Source of the DNA: Phaeosaccion multiseriatum
Lineage: Eukaryota > Protista > Ochrophyta, other classes
DNA: 64,000 bases
NCBI GenBank assembly: GCA_965112735.1
Contig: OZ218958.1
Location: 1,674,001-1,738,000, forward strand
Direction of reading: 5' to 3'
The first letter of the stretch is position 1. Each line of letters begins with the position of its first letter. Positions 37,563 to 57,937 of this stretch are shown piece after piece. Made by a program: the position numbers and the translations under genes. The notes beneath the pieces are model-generated. The model did no database searches. It saw only the letters and a list, made by a program, of their open reading frames with translations, and was not told where the DNA came from.

Positions 37563-38580
37563 ATCTTTCGCGGCCCCACTCTGGATGACTGCTTGACACG
37601 TATGATGTGCCGCGCTCGGCACGGATCGGGGGGAAGAAGCGCTTTTGCTTTCCTCAGCGAAGCCTGGTACGACGAGGGAAGGGAAGGGGGAGGGGGGATG
37701 ATAGGAGGTAAATGCCACGCAGTGTGAGCAAAAGGCGGTATCGGTACCTCCCCTGCTGTTGAGCCTTTGCCGAGACCCCCCCCCGAAGAGTTGAAGAGTG
37801 CGGAGGGCAAGTTTACTTCGATGGACTCGATCACCATCTCCCAGCACGGCCTCGACTGCTCTAAGCCTCCTCCAACCTCCTTTCTTCAGCGCCACACTCC
37901 TACCTGCTGCTTGGTGAAGGAGGGACGGAGGGATACTTAATGGAAGGGGAATGAAAAAAAGAAAAAAGATAAAAGATCGAAAAAATAAAAATATTGCGGG
38001 ACGTACAAGCAAGTTGGTTGCTCGGAGTCGGCCCTGTGATCCCAGAGCGCGTCTCACTCTCAACCATCATGCATCATATCAGCGCCGCAAAAAAACAAAA
38101 CAGAGGTTGAAAGGCAGCCGCCGAAAAATTTAATCACCTTTTCGATAGCTCCATTTCTTAACTCTTCCATGCCCTCCCCGCTCCATGTTGCCCATGTGAG
38201 TTAGTTACCCCTGATCGTGTCTCTCTCTCTTCTCCCTCTCCGCCCCTCTCCCTCTCTGCTCTGTCCCTATACCTGTCCCTCTCTCCCTCTCTTCTGTGTC
38301 CCTATACCTGTCCCTCTGTCCCTCTCTTCTCTTCTCTCTCTATACATATCCTTCTCTCTCTTTCTCCCGTCCCATGCCCTACGATAACTCACGATCTTTC
38401 TCGACCTTTCCTTGTTTGTTTCCCCCTTCCACGGGTTTGCAGATGAACTAGCCCTTGGAAGGCCCTAGGGCGAGAAAAGAGATTGGGGGGGAAGAGACTT
38501 GGAGAAGGAAGGGAACAAAAGGGCTTCCAGACAAGATTCGTGGGGGGAAGAAAGACCTTGAAGTGGCAGTAGAGTAAATA

Positions 38581-47554
<8,974 letters not shown>

Positions 47555-48420
47555 TGGATGGATGGCAATGGATGGATGGATGGATGGATGGGGAAAGTGG
47601 GGATCGGATTGGGCCGGATCGGATCCACGGCAGCCGGCCAAGGCAGCAGGCGCATCCGGGCGGGGGCTTTGATCACCACCATACCAGTACCAGCACTACA
47701 TGGAAGATGAGGAGCAGGCACTCCACGCCGAATGAGCGTGGGAGAAGAGGGGAGAGAAGAACGATACGACATTGTTGTGGGGGGGGGGGTAGATGGGGGA
47801 GAAATGTATCACTACTTGGACGAGAAGATTTTTATTTTTTTCTAGTAGGAGTCACCTAAGAAACAAGAAGAGGGAAAAAGGGGAACTAGAGACAGAGAGA
47901 GTAGGGCGTAGGGTGCGGGAAGACGGGAAGGGGGATGGCAGTGGAAGGCTGGGTGTGGTAGATGGCAGTGGAGGGGTCGGAGTGTGCTCGCTATGGAAGC
48001 GGGAAACACTCAGACTTGCGACGTGATGGGATGATGAGACACCACATTGTTTCAGGCAGTGAGGGAGGAGAAGGGGGAGGAGGAGGAGGAGGAGGAGGAG
48101 GAGGAGGAGGAAAAAAACACGGTTCCTTTCTGACTTTTGTCTACTACTGTATCCATGTGGCGGAGGAGAAGGCAAAGGAAGAGAAGGGGAAGGGAAGGGA
48201 AGGAGACAACGCAAACAGCATGCACGACAGAGAGAGGAAGAGAAACTAACAGTAACATCGACGCGCGCGATTGTTCACATTCTCGATAGCACGCTATCGC
48301 CCCCCCCGATAGCAGATAGCTGATAGCACGCCCCCACGACCCTGCCCCCCCCAAAGCCGGCTGACGCTGGCGATGATAGCGGATGGTGCGCCGGCGCTGC
48401 GCCGATAGCGCGTCAGAGGT

Positions 48421-48447
48421 CACCCTTAAGTGCCATCTATGATTGTC
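48421..48447 (+). promoter_or_regulatory. Candidate upstream motif (copy 2), upstream of GSII
   Basis: Its TTAA lies 165 bp before the ATG, the same spacing as copy 1 before CDIN1. Confidence 0.45.
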
Positions 48448-48590
48448 GAGGTCGAGTAAAAGAGTAGAAGAGACTCACAGCAGGCTTTTGACTCGTATAA
48501 CCACCCCTCCATGTTCTCTGCAAAATGCTGATCTGGTGTGTCATAATTGAGAATTGAGAAACCTCCCGCTTTTTTTCTCTTCTTTGTGCA

Positions 48591-51500
48591 ATGAAGTCCA
48601 CTGTGGTCTCTGCCTTGCTGCTGGCCGTGTGCGGCACGTATGTCGAGGGGTTTGCCTTTAAGGTGAGAAGGAGGGGGCAAAAAATTAAAGCAGCGAAATC
48701 TGTGGTTTAGCACGTACGCGAGATCTATGGTTTGGGACTGAAGTCCGCTGTGGTCTCTACCTTGTTGCTGGCCGTGTGCGGCGTGTGCGGGAAGTTTGTC
48801 GAGGGCTTTGCCTTTAAGGTGCAAAGGAGAGGACAGAAAATTAAAGTAGCGAACTCTACGGTTTGGGCCGCACACAAGTACGATAGCGAAATCTTTAGTT
48901 TGTGCCGCATAGCTGGTACAGTTATTGGCGGCTCTATTTCCCCGTTTGTTCCTTGCCATACCCAAACACCTCCGCATACGTCGTCCGCCACCTGTTCTGT
49001 GTTGCGCCTTGCTAAATCCATTTCTGTCTCCGCCCTCGTCATCTCTCTCGTTCGCTTGGATCTGTCCCTCTCCACCATGCCACAAACACCCACCACGTAT
49101 GCAGCCCGCCACCTCCCTAGGGCCCGCGAGAAGGGCAACTGGCGCCTCTCGCTCGACACCAGGAGCGACCTCGACGACGACGAAGATGGTGCTCAACCCC
49201 TTGTTCACATCAACCACTCACCTGAGTGATGAGGTGCTGAACCGCTTCGTAGACTTGCCTCAGCACGGGAAGATCATGGCGGAATACGTCTGGAGTAAGT
49301 GATATAGTGTTCACAGACAGGAGGAGGAAGCAGGGACAGGGAGGGGAAGCGGGGAAAAGAGGAAGGACAGGAGCAGGGAGCAGGGAGAGGGAGAGGAGGC
49401 TGGATCTTGCCTTGGGGTCGAACTTGTCTCCCTTCCTTCTCTTATTGTTTGATTAACTTCTTCTTCATGCTTGTGTGCTTCCCCCGCTCGCCCTCTGGAC
49501 CGAAAAACGTTTTGCCGACGGCTCGTTGGGTCTGTGATGGCATGAACAACTCCACTCGCCAACAGTCGGGGGATCAGGTACGGATCCACTCCACCCTCCC
49601 TTTGGTCCTTCGGAAGAGGGAGGGAGGGAGGGAAGGAGGGAAGGGAGGAAGGACGAGCAAGAGTATTCCATCGGCGTTGTATCTCAAGAGCTTGGCCTCC
49701 GCTCCCCCCCCCCCCCCCAAACCTCCCTACCTTTGCACAACAGGTCAGGACATGCGCTCCAAGACCAGAACACTGAACAAGGTGCCCGAGGCCGTGTCTG
49801 ATCTGTGAGTAGGAGAGGGAGGGAGGGAGGAGGCGGGGGGGGGGGGGGGCACAGCAGGGCAAAGCACAGCAAGTGATGCCTTATCAGTTGTACTCAGTCC
49901 TGGACTTTTCATTTGTGACCGTGCTCGGGGAGAGTCTGGAGGAGGCGGTCACAACGGGACGGACGGAGAGGGGGGGGGAGGGGCGGAAGGGCGGGATCTT
50001 TCTGTCAATGTCTGGCCCCCTATGTTGCTGTTCTGTTGTGAACGTATGTACAGAGAACTATACTCTCTTTCTCCACCCTTGTTTGGAACTGAATCAATTT
50101 TCTGTTGGTTGTTACCTTTTCTTCTCTCCCGTTTTCTCTCTGTCTGGCCCTTAATCTATCTATCATCCACCTACCTACCTGTCATCTGTCTCTCCATCTA
50201 TCTATCTATCGATCTATTTTAGCTTCCCACGTCTCTCCCTCCAACCTATCTATCTATCTATCTATCTATCTGTCGGTCCATCGATCTATTTTATCTTCCC
50301 CCGTCTATCTACCTACCTATCCACCTATCTGTCTATCGGTCCATCCATCTGTATATCCATCCATCATCGCTCCATATCTCTCTTTTCGACATCTCTCTCT
50401 GGACTCGCAATGCAGCACACGCCTGAGTAAGGTCCAACCCACCCACTCACTCACTCCTTCATCGATAAACCTCACACACACCTCACCCTTCCCCTCGACT
50501 CTACACCCCCTTCCCCCCCTCCCTCCTCCTCTACTCCTCCTCTCTCACTCTACAGGCCAGATTGGAACTACGATGGCAGCTCAACGGGCCAAGCCCCTGG
50601 AGATGACTCGGAGGTGTTGCTGAGGCCTCAGGCCATCTACAAGGATCCCTTCCGAGGAGGAGACAACATCATTGTGATGTGCGACACCAGGCTGCCCACC
50701 GGGGAGCCCATCCCCACCAACACCAGGGACAAGGCGGCATCTGTGATGGAGAAGGTGGAGGACCAAGTGCCGTGGTTCGGCATTGAGCAGGAATACACGC
50801 TCTTCGAATCCGATGGAGTAACCCCCTTTGGTGAGCAATCTTATGTGTACAGTGGGGAGGGAGGGAGGGAGGGAGGGAGGGAGGGAAGACATTGGCACAA
50901 GCACAACGAAGCGTGGGCGAGGGACAGAGAGAGACATGTATAGAAAGAGGCAAAGAAAGGAAGAGAGAGAGAGAGAAAGGAGAAACCCGACCCTCTCTGT
51001 CTATCTGGCTCCGATGGCTCTTTGTTTGCCAGAATCACAAGAGTGCCAGGTGCTGACCACCCGTACTCCTTCCCCTTCTCCTCCATCTGTGTTTTCATTC
51101 ATGTCGCTTCATCTTGCACCGCCCTACCCTTCCCTATCCTACCCTACTCTACGCTATCCTACCGTACCCTGCCCTACCCTACCCTACCCTACCCTACCCT
51201 ACCCTACCCTACCCTACCCTACCCTACCCTACCCTACCCTACCATACCCTACCCTACCATACCCTACCCTACCCTACCCTACCCTACCCTACCCTACCCT
51301 ACCCTACCCTACCCTACCCTACCCTACCCTACCCTTCCCTACCCTACCCCACCCTACCCTACCCTACCCTGCCCTACCCTACCCTGCCCTACCCTACCCT
51401 ACCCTACCCTACCCTACCCTACCCTACCCTTCCCTACCCTACACCACCTTACCCTGCCCTACCCTACCCTACCCTACCCTACCCTACCCTACCCTGCCCT

Positions 51501-53107
51501 ACCCTACCCTACCCTGCCCTACCCTACCCTACCCTACCCTACCCTACCCCACCCTACCCTACCCTACCCTACCCTACCCTACCCTACCCTACCCTACCCT
51601 TCCCTACCCCACCCCACCTCTTTACCCTGCCCTGTATCACCAACCGCCTTACCCGGACTTGCTCCCCCCACGCAGGCTGGCCCAAGGGCGGCTACCCCGG
51701 TCCCCAGGGCCCCTACTATTGTTCCGTGGGCACGGAGAACTCGTTCGGTCGACACATCATGGAGGCCCATTACAAGGCGTGTCTGGCTGGAGGACTCAAC
51801 ATCTCGGGAGTCAATGGAGAGGTCATGCCCGGGCAGTGGGAGTACCAGGTGAGTCGGGGGGGAAGTAGTCACAAGACAGGACGGGGGAATGGGCAGTGGA
51901 TGGGCAGGGGATGGCAGTAGATGGACAGGGAGAGTCAGGAGAGGGGATGGCAGTAAATGAACAAGAGCATGTCAGAATAGTAAGTATAGTGCGTCCCTCC
52001 CATCCCTCCCTCTCTCCCTCTCCTCCCAGATTGGCCCCTGCGTTGGCATTGCCGGTGCCGACGAGGTGTGGATGAGCCGTTTCTTCCTGTACAGAGTGTG
52101 CGAGCTCTTTGGCGTTATTGTGTCGCTTGACCCCAAGCCCATCCCCGGGGACTGGAACGGAGCAGGTATGTGTATCACCAGCATGTGTGTGTGTGTGTGT
52201 GTAATAGAGAGTGTGTGTGTAAGAGAGAGTGTGTGCGTGTGTGTGTGTGCGTGAGTGCGTATCTGTCTTTACGTTGAAAACGTTTTTGGTTCCTTCATCC
52301 TCTCTTTCATTCATCTCACCGTTTTTTCCTTCACTCCTTTCTTTCAATCCTTTCCTTCTCTCTCTCTCTCTCTCTCTTACAGGCTGCCACACCAACTTCT
52401 CCACGAAGGAGATGCGCGAGGACGGCGGTTACAAGAAGATTGTCGAAGCCGTCGAGAAGCTTGGGGAGAAGCACCAGGAGCACATTGACGCCTACGGAGA
52501 GGGTAACGAGAGGAGGCTCACAGGTGAGAGGGAGACGGTGAGGGGGGGGAGGGAGGGAGAGGAGGGAGGGAGAGGAGGGGAGAGAGGGAGAGAGAAGGGG
52601 AGAGACAAGAGACAGAGGGAGAGGAAGGGAGAGAGGGAGAGAGAAGGGGAGAGACAAGAGACAGAGGTAGAGAGAGGGAGGGAGACGGGGAAGGAGAAAG
52701 GGAGGGAGGGAGAGACGGAAGGGTAGAGAGAGGGAGAGAGAGAGAGAGAGAGAGGCGGAGCGAGGGAGCAAGCGATAGAGCAAGAGAGAGAGGGAGGAGA
52801 CGGAGAGGGACAAAGAGGGAGAAAGAGGATAGCGCTGCTTAGAGAGGGCCAGGTGGACCTTCACATACGAACCGCACCCCGCCACCGCTGTCCCTAAGCT
52901 GCAAGTATGCAATGCTCTCTGCCCCCCCCCCCCCCCACCCATACGCCTTGCCTTGCCTTGCCGTGGATTGCTTTGATGCTTGCTTACCCCCTCTCTCCCT
53001 CTCTGTGTGTTACTCTCTCCCTCCCCCCTCCCCCTTTTATCCCTTCCTCCCTCCCCTCCCTCCCTCCCTCCCTCCCTCCCTCCCCCTCCCTCTCCCTCCC
53101 CCCCTCC

Positions 53108-53149
<42 letters not shown>

Positions 53150-53544
53150 GCAAGCACGAGACGGCTTCGATCTCGAAGTTCTCGTACGGAGTCGCGGACA
53201 GAGGCGCATCCGTTCGCATCCCCCGATCGGCGGAGGCGGACGGCAAGGGGTACTTTGAGGACAGGAGGCCCTCCTCCAACATGGACCCTTACGTAAGTGT
53301 GTGTAATATGTGGGGTACTGGGGGAGGGAGGGAGGGGAGGAGGAAGGCAGTCAGTCAGTCAGTCAGTCAGTCAGCCCTTCAGTCGTTCGCTCGTCACTCC
53401 CCCTTCACGACTTCTTTCCCCTTTTTTCTTATTCTTTGCTCCGGTCCTCCCCTCCTCTTGCTCTATTTCCTCCCCTCCTCTCCCTGCCCCTTCCTTCCCT
53501 CGCAGGTGGTAACGGGCAAGATCTGCGAGACTTGTCTACTGTGA
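48591..53544 (+). CDS. GSII: Glutamine synthetase type II with bipartite plastid presequence
   Basis: Exon 1 [24 protein letters not shown], then an S/T/R-rich transit peptide. Motifs [83 protein letters not shown]. Confidence 0.96.
49566..49577 (+). other. 12-nt microexon of GSII (TCGGGGGATCAG)
   Basis: Flanked by AACAG and GTACGG. It restores the conserved W-IGGSG-QDMRSK, which is otherwise missing. Confidence 0.88.
51122..51608. repeat. (CCCTA)n pentanucleotide array in a GSII intron
   Basis: About 95 near-perfect units read directly. Confidence 0.95.
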
Positions 53545-56019
53545 GAGTGCGTGAGTGAGTAAGTGACTGAGATAGAGAGAGAGATAGATAGAGAGACGAC
53601 TTTGCGGTACTGCGCGCAATAGACTTTCCGCCGGGAGGGGCAGGGGGGGAGGCCTGAAGCCTGCTTTTTTACACGATGTTGCTCTAGTCTTAGGTAGTAA
53701 GTCGGATGCACATGGACAGTGTGTGTGTGCCTCCTCTACTCATCACAGACGACATCCGTCGCGTTGCTTGGCTTGAATCGCAAACAAACAAGCAACCAAG
53801 TGCGTATCATAACATCGGCTGTAATATAAAACTGAGATTCAGCCCATGAAATAGTGAGACGATGCTGACAAACGTCCTTTATCATACGTTTTTAAAACAT
53901 TGTTGTGTCTTTTCACTCTGCCTCTGCCTCTTGGGGATTGGACTTATTTGCTCTATCCTATCTGTACCCAAGCGGTAAGGGGGGTATTCTATACCGATGG
54001 CCCCAAAGACCACGTAGCCCCCCCCCCAGCAATTGAATCGACTACGCTCCTCTCGTCACGCAGATGCTCTGGCAGTCTTTCTTTTCGAATGCTCACCCGC
54101 AGCTCCAGCTTCGAGGAGTGCTGTGTGCGTGTTTTCAGTTTTCAGTTTTCAGTTTATTCTCCCTTTTCTTTGGAACACATACAACTGTAAATGGAATCGC
54201 TGTCGAAGCTTCTGTGGCTGCCAACTCCAGAGGAGCGCACACAGAGCAGCGTCTGATGTGTGTGTGTGCGTGTATCTTTGACAATAGGAGTAAGTTCAAA
54301 GCACTACGTGTTAGAGACACCCAAACGACCCCCCCCCCCCCCCACCCCCACAAACTACTGTTCTGTACAACAGCGAGTTTGGACATGCGCATCGTGTTGC
54401 CCTCGTCGAGACAAGTCGAATGCCGGCATCGTTGCCTCCTACAACCCCTATCAAGTTCAGAAGCTGTGGAGGGGAAAAAAAAACTGAAACTCCTGGTCCT
54501 TACGTAAGGGCCATTGGGGTCTTACATAAGGGTGTCTTGCAGCCCAGAGGGCCCTCCCTCCCCCCCCCCCCTAAAGTGCCTCTATCGCCGAGTTCAGCAA
54601 AGCAGTTTTGGTTACGCGTCCCAGATAGGGTGAGTACAACAAGACCCTCATTTTCTTTTTTTTTCCCAACAGTGGCACTCCACTACGCCCCATTCGCCGT
54701 TTAGGTGTCTCGGAGGTGAACGAGCTCTCTTGGGACTGTTTGAATCTGTAGGTAAGAAATAAGAAAAGGATTTTTTTGGTGTTAAGTCACTCTTATAACG
54801 GACGCAACGCCATAACCCCCCCCCCCCCCCCCAGTATCAGTACTTGGTAAAGATTGAAAAGGATGTCTTTCAAATGCATTTTTTTTCTTTTTTTCTTTTT
54901 AATTAAATCAAGTAAAATTACGCAAGATTGTTTCTGAAATGATAGACCATTTCCTCTCTTTATCATTCCTTCCATAATTCCAATTAAAATAATGAAGAGG
55001 AAAAGGCTTTTTTCTTTTTTGTGTGACAATTGTCAGAAGAGGATTGATAGAAGATAAAGCCGCCCCCTTGGGTTTGTTTTGCTTTTGAAAGCTCTGCGGG
55101 GCCGATCACAGCGCGCGCGGGAAGGATTACGCAGGTGGGTGGGATCTGTCTCATGCTTTGTGCTGTGTGTACTGGGGAACGCTCTCCGCCAGGGACATGG
55201 GCTTTTCTGATCTTTGGCTGTTACGCCGCTACTTGTGCTGCTGCTGGAAAGGCTCCAAGCTTGACGGGCACGCGGCACTTTCATCCTGATTCAGAGAGTG
55301 CAGGGGCATGGGTGGGCTTAGGGTGGCATGTGGATAGATGGTACGCTTGGTCATTTCAGCTGATACACGACAAGCGTCGTCAGGCACGTACCGGTTCTCT
55401 GTTAAGCTGCTTTACGTTATCCCTTTTGGTGGCTTACTCGTCTCTTGCGGCACTGTGACACCGTGAGACGCTGGGCGCTTGGCGTGAAGAGGTCGTGGTA
55501 TCCCTCTTGTGTGACCACGTGTTGCGAAGGCAGGGAAGCATGCTGACATTGTTTGGACGCGCAAGGATTTTGTCTTCCCCCCGCCCTTCCTCCCCCCCCT
55601 TTTGTCTCTCACTGATGGTCCCTCTCACTGATTGTCTCCGCAAGCTTTACGCTCTGAACAATGGTCTGTGAGGAAAGGATGCCAGTAGAAAGAGAAATGG
55701 CCGTCGAATCGAGCTTGCAAGGACAATTAAGCTCACCAGACCTTGAACCCCCCTTCCCTGCTGTCCCTTCCCCTTCCCCCGCCCACCCCTTCCCCGTCCG
55801 TCTATCTCCCCCTTCCCCCGCAATGGACCCCGACGACCTCTACGTGGATCGGCCCTACCGTTCCTTCAACGCCACGCTTGGCTTCGTCTGTGTTCTTCCA
55901 AACTCAGCACCTTGTTCCCTGAGACCTTTGCGCCCACCTTGTTCAACTACAGCACGCCAAAAGAGTACACACTGCAGCCGAGCGTCAGTTCAAGGGCAAA
56001 AGAGGGGGACTAGGGAAAG

Positions 56020-56780
56020 ATGGAGGGCGAGACGAAGCCAGCAGCAGCCGTGGAGGGCGGCGAGGGGGGGGAGCAAGCCACCATCACTCTCCGAGTACGC
56101 GACCAAACAGGCGAGGAGACGTTCTTCAAAGTCAAGCGATCAACGAGAATGGAGAAGGTGAGTATCACAAGATGATCGTTATGCAGTCCAGTGTGAAGGG
56201 GCTCAAGTCGATTGTGCTCGTGTGCGCGTGGTGCTACGAGTGAGATGAAGGATGGCAACGGCTGCAGGGGCAAGACATCAGGCAGGGGACCTGCTCAGGA
56301 TGGGATGATTTGGGACGGGGAGCCTTACCCATTGGTACACCGAGCGCGTCTTTAAGTGTTGTGCCTCGTCTCTTGACGCTCACAGTGCCATTTTGCGCCT
56401 GGAACACATTCTCTGTCTCTCCTCTTATGTCTCTCTCTCTCTCTCTCTCCTCTGACTTGATCTCCCCCCCTCGCGTCCATCCATCTTTCCGTCCACCCAC
56501 CTACACACCCACCCACTTACACGACCACCCACCCTCCCCCCCACAATCACCCACTCACCCACTCACCCACCCCCGATACGCTCTCACCGGCCGCTTTGTC
56601 CTCTGTGTGCAGGTTTTCTCAACGTATGCGCAGAGAAAGGGTGTAGAGGTGGGCGCGCTTCGGTTCTTGCTGGACGGAGAGCGTGTCAACCCTGACAACA
56701 CGCCTAAGATGCTCGACTTAGAAGACCAGGACCAAATCGATTGCATGCTCGAGCAGCAGGGCGGCCGCGGCTGCTGCTGA
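56020..56780 (+). CDS. SUMO: Small ubiquitin-like modifier; exons 56020-56157, 56613-56780
   Basis: ITLRVRDQTGEETFFKVKRSTRMEK|VFSTYAQRKG..LRFLLDGERV..TPKMLDLEDQDQIDCMLEQQGG-RGCC*. Confidence 0.95.
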
Positions 56781-57937
56781 GAGGCTGCTAGGCTAGCGGA
56801 GAGAGCACTTCTTGATTGGTTGGGTTGGGTTGGGTTCGGTTGGTGGGTAGCATGGCTGCTTGCTCGCTAGCTTAGTTGGCTGGCTGGTTGGTTGGTTGGT
56901 TGGTTGGTTAGGTTCGGTTGGTTGGTTTGCTGTGTGGTGGGACGGGTTGAAGGTGCTGGGGTCAGGATGCAGCACAGGGTTGTAGTGTTGGAGAGCGAGA
57001 AGGGGACGGAGGAGGGAGGAGGCGGACGATGAATTGGAGAGGGGAGGAAGGGGTGTGGCACTTGCTACTTTTGCTGTAAACGAGAGCTCATTTCTGGGGG
57101 ATGGCCTTTTGTCCGTGCAGAGAAAGAATGAAGAAAGAAAGAGAGAGAGAGAGAGAGAAAGAGAAAGAAACGCTCGCCACATATCAAAATCCTCTTGGCC
57201 CGGTGGTTGGGGGAACGGTAGGGCCAGAAGGGGAGGGATGGAAGGGGGAGGATAGGCCACTTGTCTGTAGATAGGAAGGATGGATGCCTTGAAAGGAGGG
57301 TCATGCCTTGAGTATCGTAAGACCTTTGTAAACGATTCACTTTAATTTCAACTTCCCAAGCCATATGATACAACTTCTCGTGTGCGTATATGCGCCTGTA
57401 TGCGCCCCCTCTTTTAATTAATTGCTCCGAGTGGCCTTCGACTCTGACGCGCTTCTCCCTTCTCTTCTCTTGTCGATTTCAATTGGTGGATTAGAAATTT
57501 GAAAAAAAAAAAAGGGCAGGGAGAGGGGGGGTGAGGGGGGACTAGGGCTCTGTGGCTCGTTATCTGCAGCTAGCTCCAGTCAATCAGTCACTCCAGCTAC
57601 AGGCTGACTAATTTGCCGATTGAGCTTTGTCTGCTGCCATCGCTGTCACCACAGCAGCGCTTGTTGACTCGTGCCCGCTTCTATCCGCTCCTAAGGATAC
57701 TTCGTAACGGCGGCCGGGGGGATGGGGGGCGGAAACATCGCTTTCATCCGTGATGGAAGCGCGTGGGTGGGGCAGGGGTGTGGAAAGTGTGGATGCACTG
57801 TGTTCTCTCATCGCCGCTGCACCTTGCTTGCTTCCTTCCCTGCCTTACAGGCCCACCACTCTCCCACCTCTATCTATGACATACACACATTTTCTGTTTC
57901 TTAGGAGACTACTATTAAGTCAATAAATATCCCCCTA

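Noticed and set aside
51122-51608. True telomere or chromosome end
   Set aside because: It is flanked on both sides by in-frame GSII exons.
53600-55990. RNA gene or CDS in the GSII-SUMO intergenic region
   Set aside because: No tRNA, rRNA or snRNA signature and no protein motif recognised by eye. A covariance-model scan would be needed to exclude one.
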